A DNA stretch of 64,000 bases, from positions 64,717 to 128,716 of the forward strand of contig JALMLS010000417.1 in the NCBI GenBank assembly GCA_038496445.1, written 5' to 3'. The stretch is from Trichosphaerium sp. ATCC 40318. Its lineage: Eukaryota > Protista > Tubulinea. Under the pieces are notes generated by a model. That model was not told the DNA's origin and did no database searches. It saw only the letters and a list, made by a program, of their open reading frames with translations. A program made the translations under genes and the position numbers. Below, piece after piece: positions 27,212-38,972 of the stretch. Position 1 is the stretch's first letter. Each line of letters starts with the position of its first letter.

Positions 27212-30200
27212 TTATGTATGTAGAGCTACAATAGAAAAAAAAATTAGTACCAAAATAGAAACAACAAAATGACTATTATCAGCATAGTACTCTCGAGAAT
27301 AATCGAGAAGAATAAGTCTGAAAAGTTCCACGTACTTTTAACATAATCTACAAAGTGTGTCGAAAGAAGAAATGCTGGGAAGCATTCTTCCTTAAGTTGT
27401 GTCCATACTTTTTCTTGTAATTTTTCAAAACCAAAGTTTGGTTTTCTCACAGCGTCTTTTAGAGCATCTACGAACAGACAGTTGGTTAAATAAAACGTAA
27501 CTAAGCCTATACATATGTAAAAGGTCTCTAAGAGAGCATACCTGTGTAAAATTTATGTAGCCAGTGCTCAGCAGGGAGTCGTTCAAAGTACTTTTTGATA
27601 ATACTATTTTTCTTTTTCTCCCTTACTTCAGGAGTCATATCTTTCCTCTTAAAGAGCTCTACATAATAACTGTTAAGCTATATCATTGATGTTATTACAT
27701 ACCCGCTTCAAGCCAGAACGTTAATAAATACTTTTTACGGCCACTGTGGATAACTAAGACGAGGGTTAAGACAAGAAGATTAAACCGAAGAAAATATACC
27801 TGATAAAAACTTTTTGAAAGATTTCATTAATTCTCGTTTCCATAACGCTGATTTTAATTCAACTATTTGCATCTGTTGTCTCACCTTGATATTCATTAAT
27901 AAAACGTATTCAAAACGAAAAAACACCCAGGTAGAGTGAGTACCTTAGCGTAAAACAGTTTTTCATCTGAAATTTCAATGTACTTATCCAGCATACGTTG
28001 TACTGGTTCTGAAGACTTCGTACAACGAAGACTATTCATTTCTTTAAATAGCCTATGCAGTTCCTTCTGGCGCATCTCAGAACACCTAACAACAACTTAT
28101 TAGCAAAGGCATAAACAATAAGAGTGAACACTGACACAAAAAAATCCAATTCTTTCCAAAAAGTAAATAAGCTGTAGTTAGAGACGTACTGAAGTTCACC
28201 AGAGAGATATTTTGTATAACACCTGGATTGTAGGAATAGTCTGAATAACTGTTTTATAGCTGAAGTCGCCTAGATTTTGTTTAATCAGCAACACAACCGA
28301 ACAATAAAAAATTTAAAAATCTTACCAAACGAGCAGGCATTAAAAACACGCTGTACAGAGCCTGCACTTTAATAGTACCAGCAATTCCTATGTTATATTA
28401 TTAACTATACAACATACTTCCATTGGGTAACACGTACTGTCAATCTCCTTCCGTGGTATCTTCAAAGATACAGTGACTTGTGCAGGAGCTTCTAGGAACT
28501 TTCTAAATATCCTAAAAGCTTCCGCTTGTAACTTCTCCTTGTCATCATCAGTCCTTAGTATAAATATCTCTATTTCAAAAAAACAAGGTGTTAACAACAA
28601 AAGGTCACGTGATACATCAAAAAAACGCCCCACATACCATGCTCCAACCAAAATTGAAGTACAGAAACGAACGACGGTTTTGTCGCCTTTAGGTACTCGT
28701 AAAATACAGATACAAGGATTGGTGAGTACATCAAGTCCGTGCTTGCTAATGATGCCGCTTCTGGGCGTGGTAGACACCTACTTAGAGCCAGTACGTGCAG
28801 CTAATATGTTACTTTAGTCTCAAACAGTTTTTTCAAGGCGTACGTCTATTAAAGATGCTAAGCGCTCGTTGGTTGCGAGAGTGCTACCTATATTTCTTAA
28901 TTAGCTATGTAAACGTATCTTAAAACTCTTACTCTCTCTGTAGTGATAATACCAGTCTGACATTGAGAAATTTTGAAAAACTTTCTCAATTGCTATCCAT
29001 GCATTACCCTGAGCTTCATCAAATGCATGACGCGCTTCAATAGCATTTTTTATACTATCAATCTTAGTTTTAAGTGCTTGAACATCAACACCTACACAAA
29101 GAGAAGTTGTAAGAATTTTTTTTGGTTTTCTAAGAAGAAAACTACCTAGAGGAAGTTGCGGTTTGCCAGCAGCAGGATCGTGTGCAACAAACATATTAAA
29201 AAGAGTAGGTAAGTTCTCTAGAACTTTAGCAGCAGGTTGCCAACGGTGTATCTCAACCGATAGCCACCACTCAAGTAGGCGTGACTCAATACTGTCTTTA
29301 CTACAACCACCATGTTAAAACAAAATAGCAAGAATGAACTGTTCGTACTCAAAAGACACTGCAAAAGCTGTTAATGCTTCTTTTTTTGTCAGTACATCAT
29401 GTACTGATTGTAGTGGAGGCAGTGCAGTCTATGAGAGGTAAATAAGAGTATTTGATGATTAAGGGCGAGAAACTGAAAGATTCAAAAAGTGCGATTACCT
29501 TTGGCCTAGAAGATGCAATCATTCTTATCAATGTAACATCATCACTTTCGCCTCTTGGTGTAGTCATCTAAAAGGCAAAATGAATAAGATCTCACGACGG
29601 TTTTTAACAAAATACAACACTAAAGCCGTACAGTAGGTACAACTTGCTCTTTTTGCAAGTAAGCCTTGCACTGAATTGAAATTTTAAACTCCTCATACTG
29701 CTCTACGAGCTTAGTCCACACAGCCATCTGTGCGCTATCATACATATATTTCTTGAGTGTCAGAGACCCAGAAGCAGACTTTTGAGTTGCCTAATACAAG
29801 AAATCAAAAAACCGGAAAAAATGAAGAAAATAAAGCCAAGTACTTGTAAGATGGACTCTGCACATTCCAATTTCAAAAACTCTGGACTGTTTGGTGTAAA
29901 ATACTTCTCAACAATCTCAGTCGCCCTTTGTAGCCTCTCTTTACCAGGTAGTGTCTTATATTCCTCTATTTTTAAAAGTTATAAAATAGCATTCAAGCAA
30001 AGAAAGAAAGCGCACCAGCTCTTAGCCAGAAAGTCAAATGATGAGCTGATTTTATGCTCAATAGGAACTCTCTAAAGGCTAACAGAAAGTCCGCTTTGTA
30101 TATAACATCTTCTAGGTCTTTAGGAAGTCTCGACTCTCCAGTTAGCTTAGCTTTTAGTTTGATTGGTGAAGACGCTGATCTATTCGAGTGTCGCATACTA

Positions 30201-33200
30201 CATAGCCAATTAAATAACAAGTAATAATAGCTTATCTAGTACTCTTCGTTGTGGTTCACGCCTCCCCAATGCTGCAGTACATTCATTAAATCCATATTAG
30301 CAATAGAATATCTCACAGTAGCCCTTTGTTTGGCCAATCTTGGCGCAGCTAAGGAGTAGTTAGCAACAAACTTGGCATTGTAAAATCATCATACAGCTAG
30401 ACTTGCGCATTTGCACATCATTGAACCGCGGGCCAGATGGTCTTCGTACTGATTCGGGTGTTGATGATCTCGCAGGCACATGAACACTATTTCTCAACTT
30501 ACTACCACTTGATCTTGACCCACTGAGGTGCTGTTTTGGTCCTTGAAATCTTTCAGTTAGCTACTTTTTTATCGACATTATTCATATGTACGTGTAGGAT
30601 TATTCGCTGACTTGTGTAGTCGTGCAACTGGGGCTTTGAACCTTTTTACCCAAACATGTAGTTGGTCAACGAAACCAATCTTAGCAAGTGTAGTATCTTC
30701 AGAAAAAAACGATGCGTCAGGCTCCAACTTTATACCTATACCATCACGTGCATAACCACGTTTTTTACTCAATTTATCGAGTATATTCTACAAAAAAACC
30801 CTCTATTAGAAAACACCGAAGTGTAGAATAATCTACAGAGGGAAAAGAGAACGTACGCCAACTGTTTGACTTGGGTTATATGGAATTTTTGCAAACTGAT
30901 TATTTGGTAGTTTAAGAGAAATAAAAGGCGGAGGAGCGACAGGGCTTGGAATAGCATAACTCTTACTCTTGACATGATTCTTTACTTTCCCAGAAGAGGT
31001 GTAATTGATTTGAGTAGGGTGTTTAGGACTAGTCCTATTGCCTGGAAAGTTTGCAATATCTTCAGTTGTCCAAGAACCAGCTGAAGTTTTAATAATCAGA
31101 AAAACCCATTTCTCTCATATTTAAATTAATAGAAGTGTATGCGTACCTCTTGGTTTACGTGCAGTTGTTTTAATGCGTTGAATATTATCTTTTATAGGTG
31201 CAGACTTTTGTCTCCTTTTCTAAAGGAGGAAAGAAAGTAAATAAGGGTGTAGAGTTCGAAAAATCTTTACCACATCAAACAGCTTCTCAATGTGCATGTT
31301 CAGACTTGTAACACGTTTTTTAGGACTGAGCTGGCCTTGCGATAGAAGTAAGGATTGATTCGTATTAGTAGTTCAGTAACTAGTAAAGCAGTACCTTGCT
31401 TATAATGCGCAAAGTGAAGAGATTTTTTGAATTGCGGAAAATCATTAAATGACAGCTCAACAAGTACAAGCTCTTGTACTGTTTTAAAAACATCCTTGGT
31501 AGGATTATTATTAATATTATGACGTAAATGATCAACATCGAAATCCTTAAGAGACACCTAAACAACAGTCAACCAAAGAACTCCAAAAACAAAGCAAAAA
31601 AAAAATATGCTCTGAAAAAACCAACAATTAATAAAATATCTCTTCCGTACATGATAGTGTGGACTATTCTCTGCATCAAAGTACTTGGCAAATAGTTGCC
31701 TAGCGGATTTACCAAAGTCGCCACTCTTTTGATGTTTAAGTTGTTCTACATCAACATAAAGTGATAAACGAGCAGATGATCCTTTAGAATGTAGGTACTC
31801 ATGGAAACAAGTAAGCAAATTCTTATCTCTCAGAACTTGACGAAGTGAAACATGTGCTTCTAAAGGTAAAACAGTAAGCAAAACATTTACTGATACACAG
31901 CGCATTTGATGGACTTTTTGTCACCAACCACGCCGCACATACCTTGTATCTTCATCTCTTTTACATGTGTATTCCTTTTTAGGCCATTTTCTTGAGGAGG
32001 CTGTGTGACCTTATCTTTCTAACACTCAGGTTATTAGAAAAATCTTTCAAACATAACACAACGTCTAATACGTACAAAGTATTTGTTCATATCAGAAACA
32101 GTAGTACCCCTCATCCGCACTATTGTAGAATAACAAGTTAGCAACCTTTCATAAAAGATATTGCAGTACTTGAAGCGTTATCATCATTATTAAGTTTTCC
32201 TTTATTCCAATCTTGGAAAAACTGTGAAGAACGAAACTTTGGAAAACAGTCATAGCACAATAAACTCCATATACGATCCTGACAGTGAACAAAGGTTCGC
32301 TATCATCCAACATCAGTATAATAATTTTATGTCACACATGAATAAATGGTTTGTAATGCACGCACTGGAGTGGGGTTCGAAAGAACCTCTTGGTGAAGTT
32401 CAGGGACTTGAAGATCTTCGACAAAAATTGCGTATTCAGACTGTGGACTGAAGTACTTGTCGAACATTTCAACTGCGCGTTTCTGCATCTCTGGGCTGCT
32501 AGGACTCTTACCATAGAGCTCTATGATGCGTATATCAGTATGAAGGTTTAATTGTATAGCAACGTAAGAAGATATAAAATTATATCTAACGTGCCTGCTT
32601 CAAACCAAAAAGAAAGAGCTTCAGAGCAATGAATGGTATGAAGATACTTTCTGAATGCCATCATACATGTTTTATCGTGTATAGCCTCTCTTAATGTATC
32701 CTTTACACTTGATCTAGGTACAGGGACTGGAACTTTTGACTTCTTAATAAAGGAAACTCGTCTACAACAAAAAGTTAATGTTCAATTCTGACTATTCCTA
32801 CGCTAGTAAAGCTTACTTTTCTTTTTTCTTTGGGTCTTTTCGTTTAGCTGTTAACAAAGAAGGCAGTGGAAAGAATAGGCCACTCTTTTTATGACCAGCA
32901 CGGTGGCTCTAAGAGATATAAAGTTATCATCCAAAAAAAGCAAATGAAGTGTCAAGAAAACCAATCAAACGTTTGTTCCTAACGTACAAGGTACCGTGGC
33001 CATGTCTGTCCATTGGATAAATTAGCAGTAAGGTTTTCTTTGTACCTCGCTTTATAAAAATACGTTAGATCAATGATATTACTGAGTATTCAGTGCTAAC
33101 CTTTATTTTGCAAGCAAATCTGTAATTCCACTGATTCTCCAAAAGAAGCAAATGTCATTGCCTAATTATACACTCAATACACGGAAGAAACATATGACAA

Positions 33201-33784
33201 ATACTTTAGACCCTTTTCCTACGAAAAGCACCAAGAGGAACGTTTAATTTTCAATTTGAGGGAAAAAAATAAATAAACGACAAAAAAAGCTGTTTAACTT
33301 CTTTGAGTGCTTTTAAAAATCACTGTGCTTGCGCTAGTGCTTCAAACGTACTTTAAGATTCTGCCATATTGCTTTACGTATAACGTCAAATGCATCAGGA
33401 TCTCCACGAGTCCATTTGCTTTTTGTTACCTTTAGTAAAAAAAATTAGCTACCTGATAACGCTCTTGATGGCTTTGTGCGAGCGTACCTTCATGTCCAAG
33501 CCTGGTATTAGCTCTATTGGTAAAAAATATTTTCCAGTTGAAACTAGAAAGCATGCGGCGATTTCATCACCCTTACGTGCGCGTGCTGAACCTTCCAGGA
33601 GCTTGTAAACATCTAAGTATGGGTTGGTACGTGATAAGCTATTACGGCGTTGTAAAAACGTTGAGAGCGTACTCGTATCTGTCCAAAAGGCAAAGTCTCG
33701 CTGAATTGAAAAAACGAATTGATGGTACGCCAAAAATATTGCCGGGTTGTTAGGGTTTATGTCTGATTGCTTTGTACCAAGCAT
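27212..33784 (-). CDS. giant protein with about seven RGS domains and one Ras-binding (ubiquitin-like) domain
   Basis: Repeated RGS signatures (AFRKYL..EALSFWFEAE, FHEYL..LSLYVDVE, AFREFL..LTFWLR, LEWWLSVE, FCTSILVGAW, FKKFL..TFWLEA) and FISLKLPNNQFAKIPYNPSQTVG RBD at ~30600-30930. Confidence 0.8.
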
Positions 33785-34128
33785 TATTATGTTAACACCA
33801 TAAGTTGCTCGGGAATAGAAAGAAGATAAAAAATTAAATTGCTGTTCCAAACAATTCCCACTACAATACGTGTTACAGGTGTAAATGTTTTGTCTCGCTC
33901 TGTTTGCGTACCGTTTTTATCGAGAACAATTTTAAAGCCAGCTATTAAACCAAAACTGAGCGAATAAGCACTAGAGTGGGTAATTCGTAACAAACAAACG
34001 ATGTTATTTACAGATAGCGCACTTAAACTGTGAACATAAGCTCCGACCGTTCAAACAATCACTGCCTTAAAACGAGTTAAATCTGAGTATTTTCTCGTAG
34101 AACGCAACTAGTTAGCGAATACTTACCG

Positions 34129-36319
34129 ATGAGTAACATCAAAACAAATTTTAGCGATGAAGGGAGGGTTCCTATATTACAAAAGCCTACATTTCAATTA
34201 ACAGACCTGGAGTCTCGTATATTTGAACTGTTTATTGCCACAAATAAACATTTCGGTTTAACAACCGTAGTTCGCGTTGCTGGTGGATGGGTTAGGGATA
34301 AGGTACCGTTCTTTAAGCGTTAAACCAACTAATAAACAATAAAAAGGTAATGCAGAAAGAGAGCGATGATATAGACCTCGCATTGAACAATTCAAAAGGC
34401 ATGGGCTACGCTCAAAAGGTCTTTGAGTATCTTGAGCACATAAATGAACCAACACGCAAAGCACCAAAACCAATAGAAGCTAACCCAGAACAAAGCAAGC
34501 ACTTGGAAACAGCAACAATGGGCGTAAGCTAACCTTTGTGATAAAATTCACCGAAACACGACATCCGTTGCGTCGAACTGAATCAACATAGGTGTATGGG
34601 GTATCACTGGACTTTGTAAACTTACGGACGGAAACTTACACTGATACAAGAATACCAGAGATGGTAAAACCACAAACACAATTTCTGTTCTTTGATTTAA
34701 TTAACTAAATGTTCTAGAAATTCGGTTCACCTTATGAAGACAGTTGCAGGCGAGACTTGACAATTAACGCTTTATTCTATAATATACACACCAAAATGAT
34801 CGAAGATTGGACACGTTTGGTAAAGTGACAATAATGACACGTGAAGTAAAGCGACTAAAAGAAAACAAAAATAGGGATTACAAGATCTTCAACTTCAACT
34901 TATTCGAACTCCACTTGATCCTGTACAGACATTCCTAGACGATCCCCTTCGCATATTGAGGTTAGTAGATGTTATCACGTACCCTTTTAACCTTGAACAA
35001 AAGGGCTATCAGGTTCTCTTGCCGATATGGCTTCAAAATAGCACAGAAACTTTCAGATGCTGTACACACTTCACAGATACAAGTACGTACTTCTTTCTGC
35101 ATTGTCTTCCACACATTTATTAATAGAGTCTTCTAGGTTGCTTTAAATACTAAAGTAAGCAGAGAGAGGTTTGGGAAAGAGCTTAACGGCATGCTTAAAG
35201 GTGAGAGAATAAGATTTAAATCAAAAAAAAAATCAGAGTTAATAAGCTACTTAGGTCCAAGACCATATCTTGCTTTGAAGGTCATTAGTAATTTTGGAAT
35301 ATTCCCTATTGTATTCCAATGTAAAGATCAAAAACTCATCGATGAAGCTCTCCCTAATCACGAGGAACTTGCACTTGCTTATGCACATCAAATGAATGAG
35401 TACGAGATAATTTGTATTTCGTTAACAAAATAATGTCTTATTCAATTCTCAGTTGCTTGTTTGATGAGCCAGATATTTCAAAGCCAAACAGGAAGATATT
35501 ACTTCTATCTAGCATGTTCTTACCTTACTCTAATTTCACATATACTGGACCAAAAGGAAAGGAATTTCCACTTGTAAGATATATAATGTGGGAATCTATA
35601 AAGGTAAATAAAGACTTACGAGTTGCTTGGTTCTAACTAGTCTCTTTCAGGAGCCAAAAGATGTATATAATAATGTATGGTCTCTTATTGATGCAGCAAC
35701 TCAATTTAATGATATGATGGATATTTTAAAAGAGCGTAGGGAGCCTACACGGCTTGCAGTTGGTATGCAAAAACAAAATCAGTTTTTTTGGTAACATATT
35801 GTTAGGACTTCTTTTACGCCAAATTAAAGGAAGATATGAGCTTGCTATATTATTGGCGTATGTATTGAGATATATAACACTCAAACACCGCTTTTATGCT
35901 GGCTTTAAGCCTGTTGCTAGTCTATCACGTAAGGGTATTTGCTACTTAGGAAAAATACGCTAGCAACAACTTTTTGTACCTGACGTTTATTCCTAGTTCG
36001 CATTGAGTGCTTAGCTTTACGTAAAAAACTATTGCAGTTAATTGTTGATTATGATATGACAGAAATATGGAAACTTCAACCTTACTTTGGTGTACGATAG
36101 TAACTTATTTTAGACTTTGTCAACTTTCTTTTTTGGCTCACTTTTTGTTAGGGAAAGAAAATCAAAACCGAGTTGGGTGTATCCCAAGGACCAATGTTTG
36201 GATTAATCATAAACAAACAAATAGAATGGATGCTATCAGTACACCCTAACCACGATGAAGAATCAGCAAAAGCCAAATGTCTAGAGATTGTTGAACAACA
36301 AAAACAACAAAGTAAATAA
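34129..36319 (+). CDS. CCA1: tRNA nucleotidyltransferase (CCA-adding enzyme, class II)
   Basis: RVAGGWVRDK, SDDIDLAL, DFVNLRTETY, EDSCRRDLTINALFYN, DDPLRILRAIRF, VSRER. Confidence 0.93.
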
Positions 36320-36693
36320 GGGATTCATTGAAAACCAAGTTCTTCTTTATTATTAGATGTCAGTGTTGTAAGTTTCAATTTTAGGGAATACTATTGATGA
36401 ATCGATTGCAATTGGATATCGTAAACGCAAGTGCTTTGATTTTTTAATGAGACCTACGAAAAGAGCGAAACTAACTCCCAAAAATACAAAATCAAATTAG
36501 AAAAAAAAAAAAGGATGTTGTTTTGCTCTGGTTGTTTTTAACTTTCTATGTGTGGTAAAGGGTTTACTGCACTTTGTTTACAATCACTGCGGTTTTTATT
36601 TAGTCTTGGCATGCTCATTTTATCTGATGAACTAAACGTAAGTGATCATTTAGCTAAACAAAAGTAAGAGATGATCGCGAGGTGTGCATGAAA

Positions 36694-36764
36694 TTGTTAC
36701 TGTTGGATTTGAACCAACGAAAATACGTTATCAGCATATTACTTTACCACTAAGTTAAGAAACG
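36694..36764 (-). tRNA. AT-rich tRNA-Ile(GAU)-like cloverleaf of organellar/prokaryotic type; possibly a NUMT or pseudogene
   Basis: CGTTTCT TA ACTT AGTGGTA AAGT A ATATG CTGATAA CGTAT TTTC GTTGG TTCAAAT CCAAC AGTAACA A. D, anticodon and T stems pair; acceptor mismatches at positions 1 and 5. Confidence 0.75.
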
Positions 36765-37319
36765 AGGAAGCACATTACTCTAAATTGCATCTCGTTGGAA
36801 CGACATGTGTTATCATTTTTGTGTCCATCATTTTCTACACAAAAAAATTGTGGGTTATAGTTTTGAGAAAAATAGTGGAAAAAAAACAAGCTACGTGAAT
36901 CCAACCCACGTGGATGATCAATTAAAGAAAAGAAAGCTATTATAATGCTGTGCGAGTCTAATTTAGTTTAGGTAGTTTAGCGTCAAAAAATGAGTACTTC
37001 AATTTAATTTTACACATAATCACGTGGTAGCGTACCAGAGCATTTTAAGCCTAACGAAGCACAAGCGAGCTGGGTTGGTGATACCTCCCTATTGGATTGG
37101 TTTGTTAGGTAAGCGTGTCTCGATGAAGTTCTATAAGTAAGTATGATGCAAGGTACTTGCGAGCGCTATCCTTAAATCAAGATGATTAAAATCACGTGAT
37201 TGTAGTCAATTTGAGTTCATGTTTTTTAAATCTTAACTTTATAGGCATCGAACTAGTAGTGGCAAATGGCTGAGATGTTTATTGACGGGAGGTTTGTTAG
37301 CAGGTGTACGGTAAAGGTC

Positions 37320-38621
37320 TCACAGTAAAAGTGCTGGTGTGGTAAAGGTATGTAGCCTATAAGCAGCTGTGAAGCTACTTTGGATTATGTTAAAAATATT
37401 GTGAGTTGTGTAGCGCTGTAGTTCTCCTAGAGGATTAACTAATCTTGCAAGGTTGGTAAGCGAATCGAGCGCATCAGAATTCGCATTGGTAATCGAGAAG
37501 TCAATATTGCGAACACCTGCAAGTGACTTAACACCCTCATTTGTAACCATTGTATTGCGTAGAATAATTGTGTGAACACCAGCTAAAGCTCTAACACCGA
37601 CGTCAGTGACATTTGTGCACTCAAGATCAATCATGTGTACTCCAGCCAAAGCTTTAAAACCAACATCTGTAACATTTGCACAACACCCCAGACGTATAGT
37701 ATGCACTCCTGCTAGCGCCGCAATGCTGTTGTCCATATCTGTTGAGTAAAGAGAAATTGCATGTACACCAGCCAACGCTTTAACACCTTCACCAGTCACA
37801 TTAGTGCTACTGAGATCAATTGTATGAACACCTGCTAAAGCTTTTATGCCATCGTTCGTCACTTTTTCACACTCTATTAAAGTTATTGTATGAACTCCTG
37901 CCAGTGCTTTGAGCCCATTGTCAGTCACATCAGTCCGGTCCAAGACAATTGTATGAACACCAGCTAACGCTTTAATACCTTCACCACTCACTTTGGTGTT
38001 CCTGAGAAGTATCTTATGTACTCCAGATAAAGCCTTTATACCTGTGTCAGTCACATTTGTACACTGAAGATCAATCGTGTGAACTCCAGCCAACGCTTTG
38101 ACACCGTCATCTGTGACGTGTGTGTGAGAAAGGTCAATGGTATGAACGCCGGCTAGAGCTCTTATACCATCATCTGTAAGACGTTTACAGTTGCATACGT
38201 TCATGGTGTGGACAGCGCCAAGTTGTTTAAGATGTTCATCAAGTACCAGGACGCCATAAAAGTCAATATATTTCACGACCTTAAAATGAGTAAAGTCTAT
38301 GTCTATCAAAGGGAAAAGAGGTTTAAGCGCGTATGCTCCATTCAAGTACTTCAAGTCTTTCTGTTTGAAACGAAATTTGAGAAACAGTTGCTTTTTTTTT
38401 ATCAGAAAAGGTGCTTCGTTGAAAAGTTGCTGTAGCTTTTCTTCTGTCTGGATAATGATATTTGGTTTATTTGATGTATATCCCAAGTGATTTACCGCAA
38501 TTCTTAACAATAGTTTGGACGTATGTACTACTGAGTGCATAGACATTAGAGAAACGAACTGTAGAATATGAACGATAACTTCAACGGGTATTGAGTCAAA
38601 GAATGCCCTGTTAGACTCCAT
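37320..38621 (-). CDS. intronless F-box/LRR protein, 433 aa
   Basis: FDSIPVEVIVHILQFV F-box and about 12 repeats of LAGVHTIDLxxTxVTDxGxKA. Confidence 0.9.
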   Translation of the reverse strand: MESNRAFFDSIPVEVIVHILQFVSLMSMHSVVHTSKLLLRIAVNHLGYTSNKPNIIIQTEEKLQQLFNEAPFLIKKKQLFLKFRFKQKDLKYLNGAYALKPLFPLIDIDFTHFKVVKYIDFYGVLVLDEHLKQLGAVHTMNVCNCKRLTDDGIRALAGVHTIDLSHTHVTDDGVKALAGVHTIDLQCTNVTDTGIKALSGVHKILLRNTKVSGEGIKALAGVHTIVLDRTDVTDNGLKALAGVHTITLIECEKVTNDGIKALAGVHTIDLSSTNVTGEGVKALAGVHAISLYSTDMDNSIAALAGVHTIRLGCCANVTDVGFKALAGVHMIDLECTNVTDVGVRALAGVHTIILRNTMVTNEGVKSLAGVRNIDFSITNANSDALDSLTNLARLVNPLGELQRYTTHNIFNIIQSSFTAAYRLHTFTTPALLL

Positions 38622-38972
38622 GGTTTATTGTATGAAAGACTCAGGAAGTTGTAATGTAGGGAGAATCTGCTATTTATTAGTCATACAAGTCAACGTAGAT
38701 TATCTTCCTTCAAGGTCAACGTACATTAGGCGAACTTGTGAACTTAAACAACCAGGTCACGTGTTGGTACTAATAACAATCAAAATTGGTCAATACCAGA
38801 CGATTAAACTCGTGGTATGATACACCAGGGTCAACAAATCCAAATATGATTTTGGGATCATTGACTGTACACAATGATTACCATTGACGTATTAGCCTTT
38901 GATTCTTCAAAGCTCTAACGATGTCGTAGGCTTAAAAAAACTACCAATAAACAAGAAATGCATTTTTATTTT

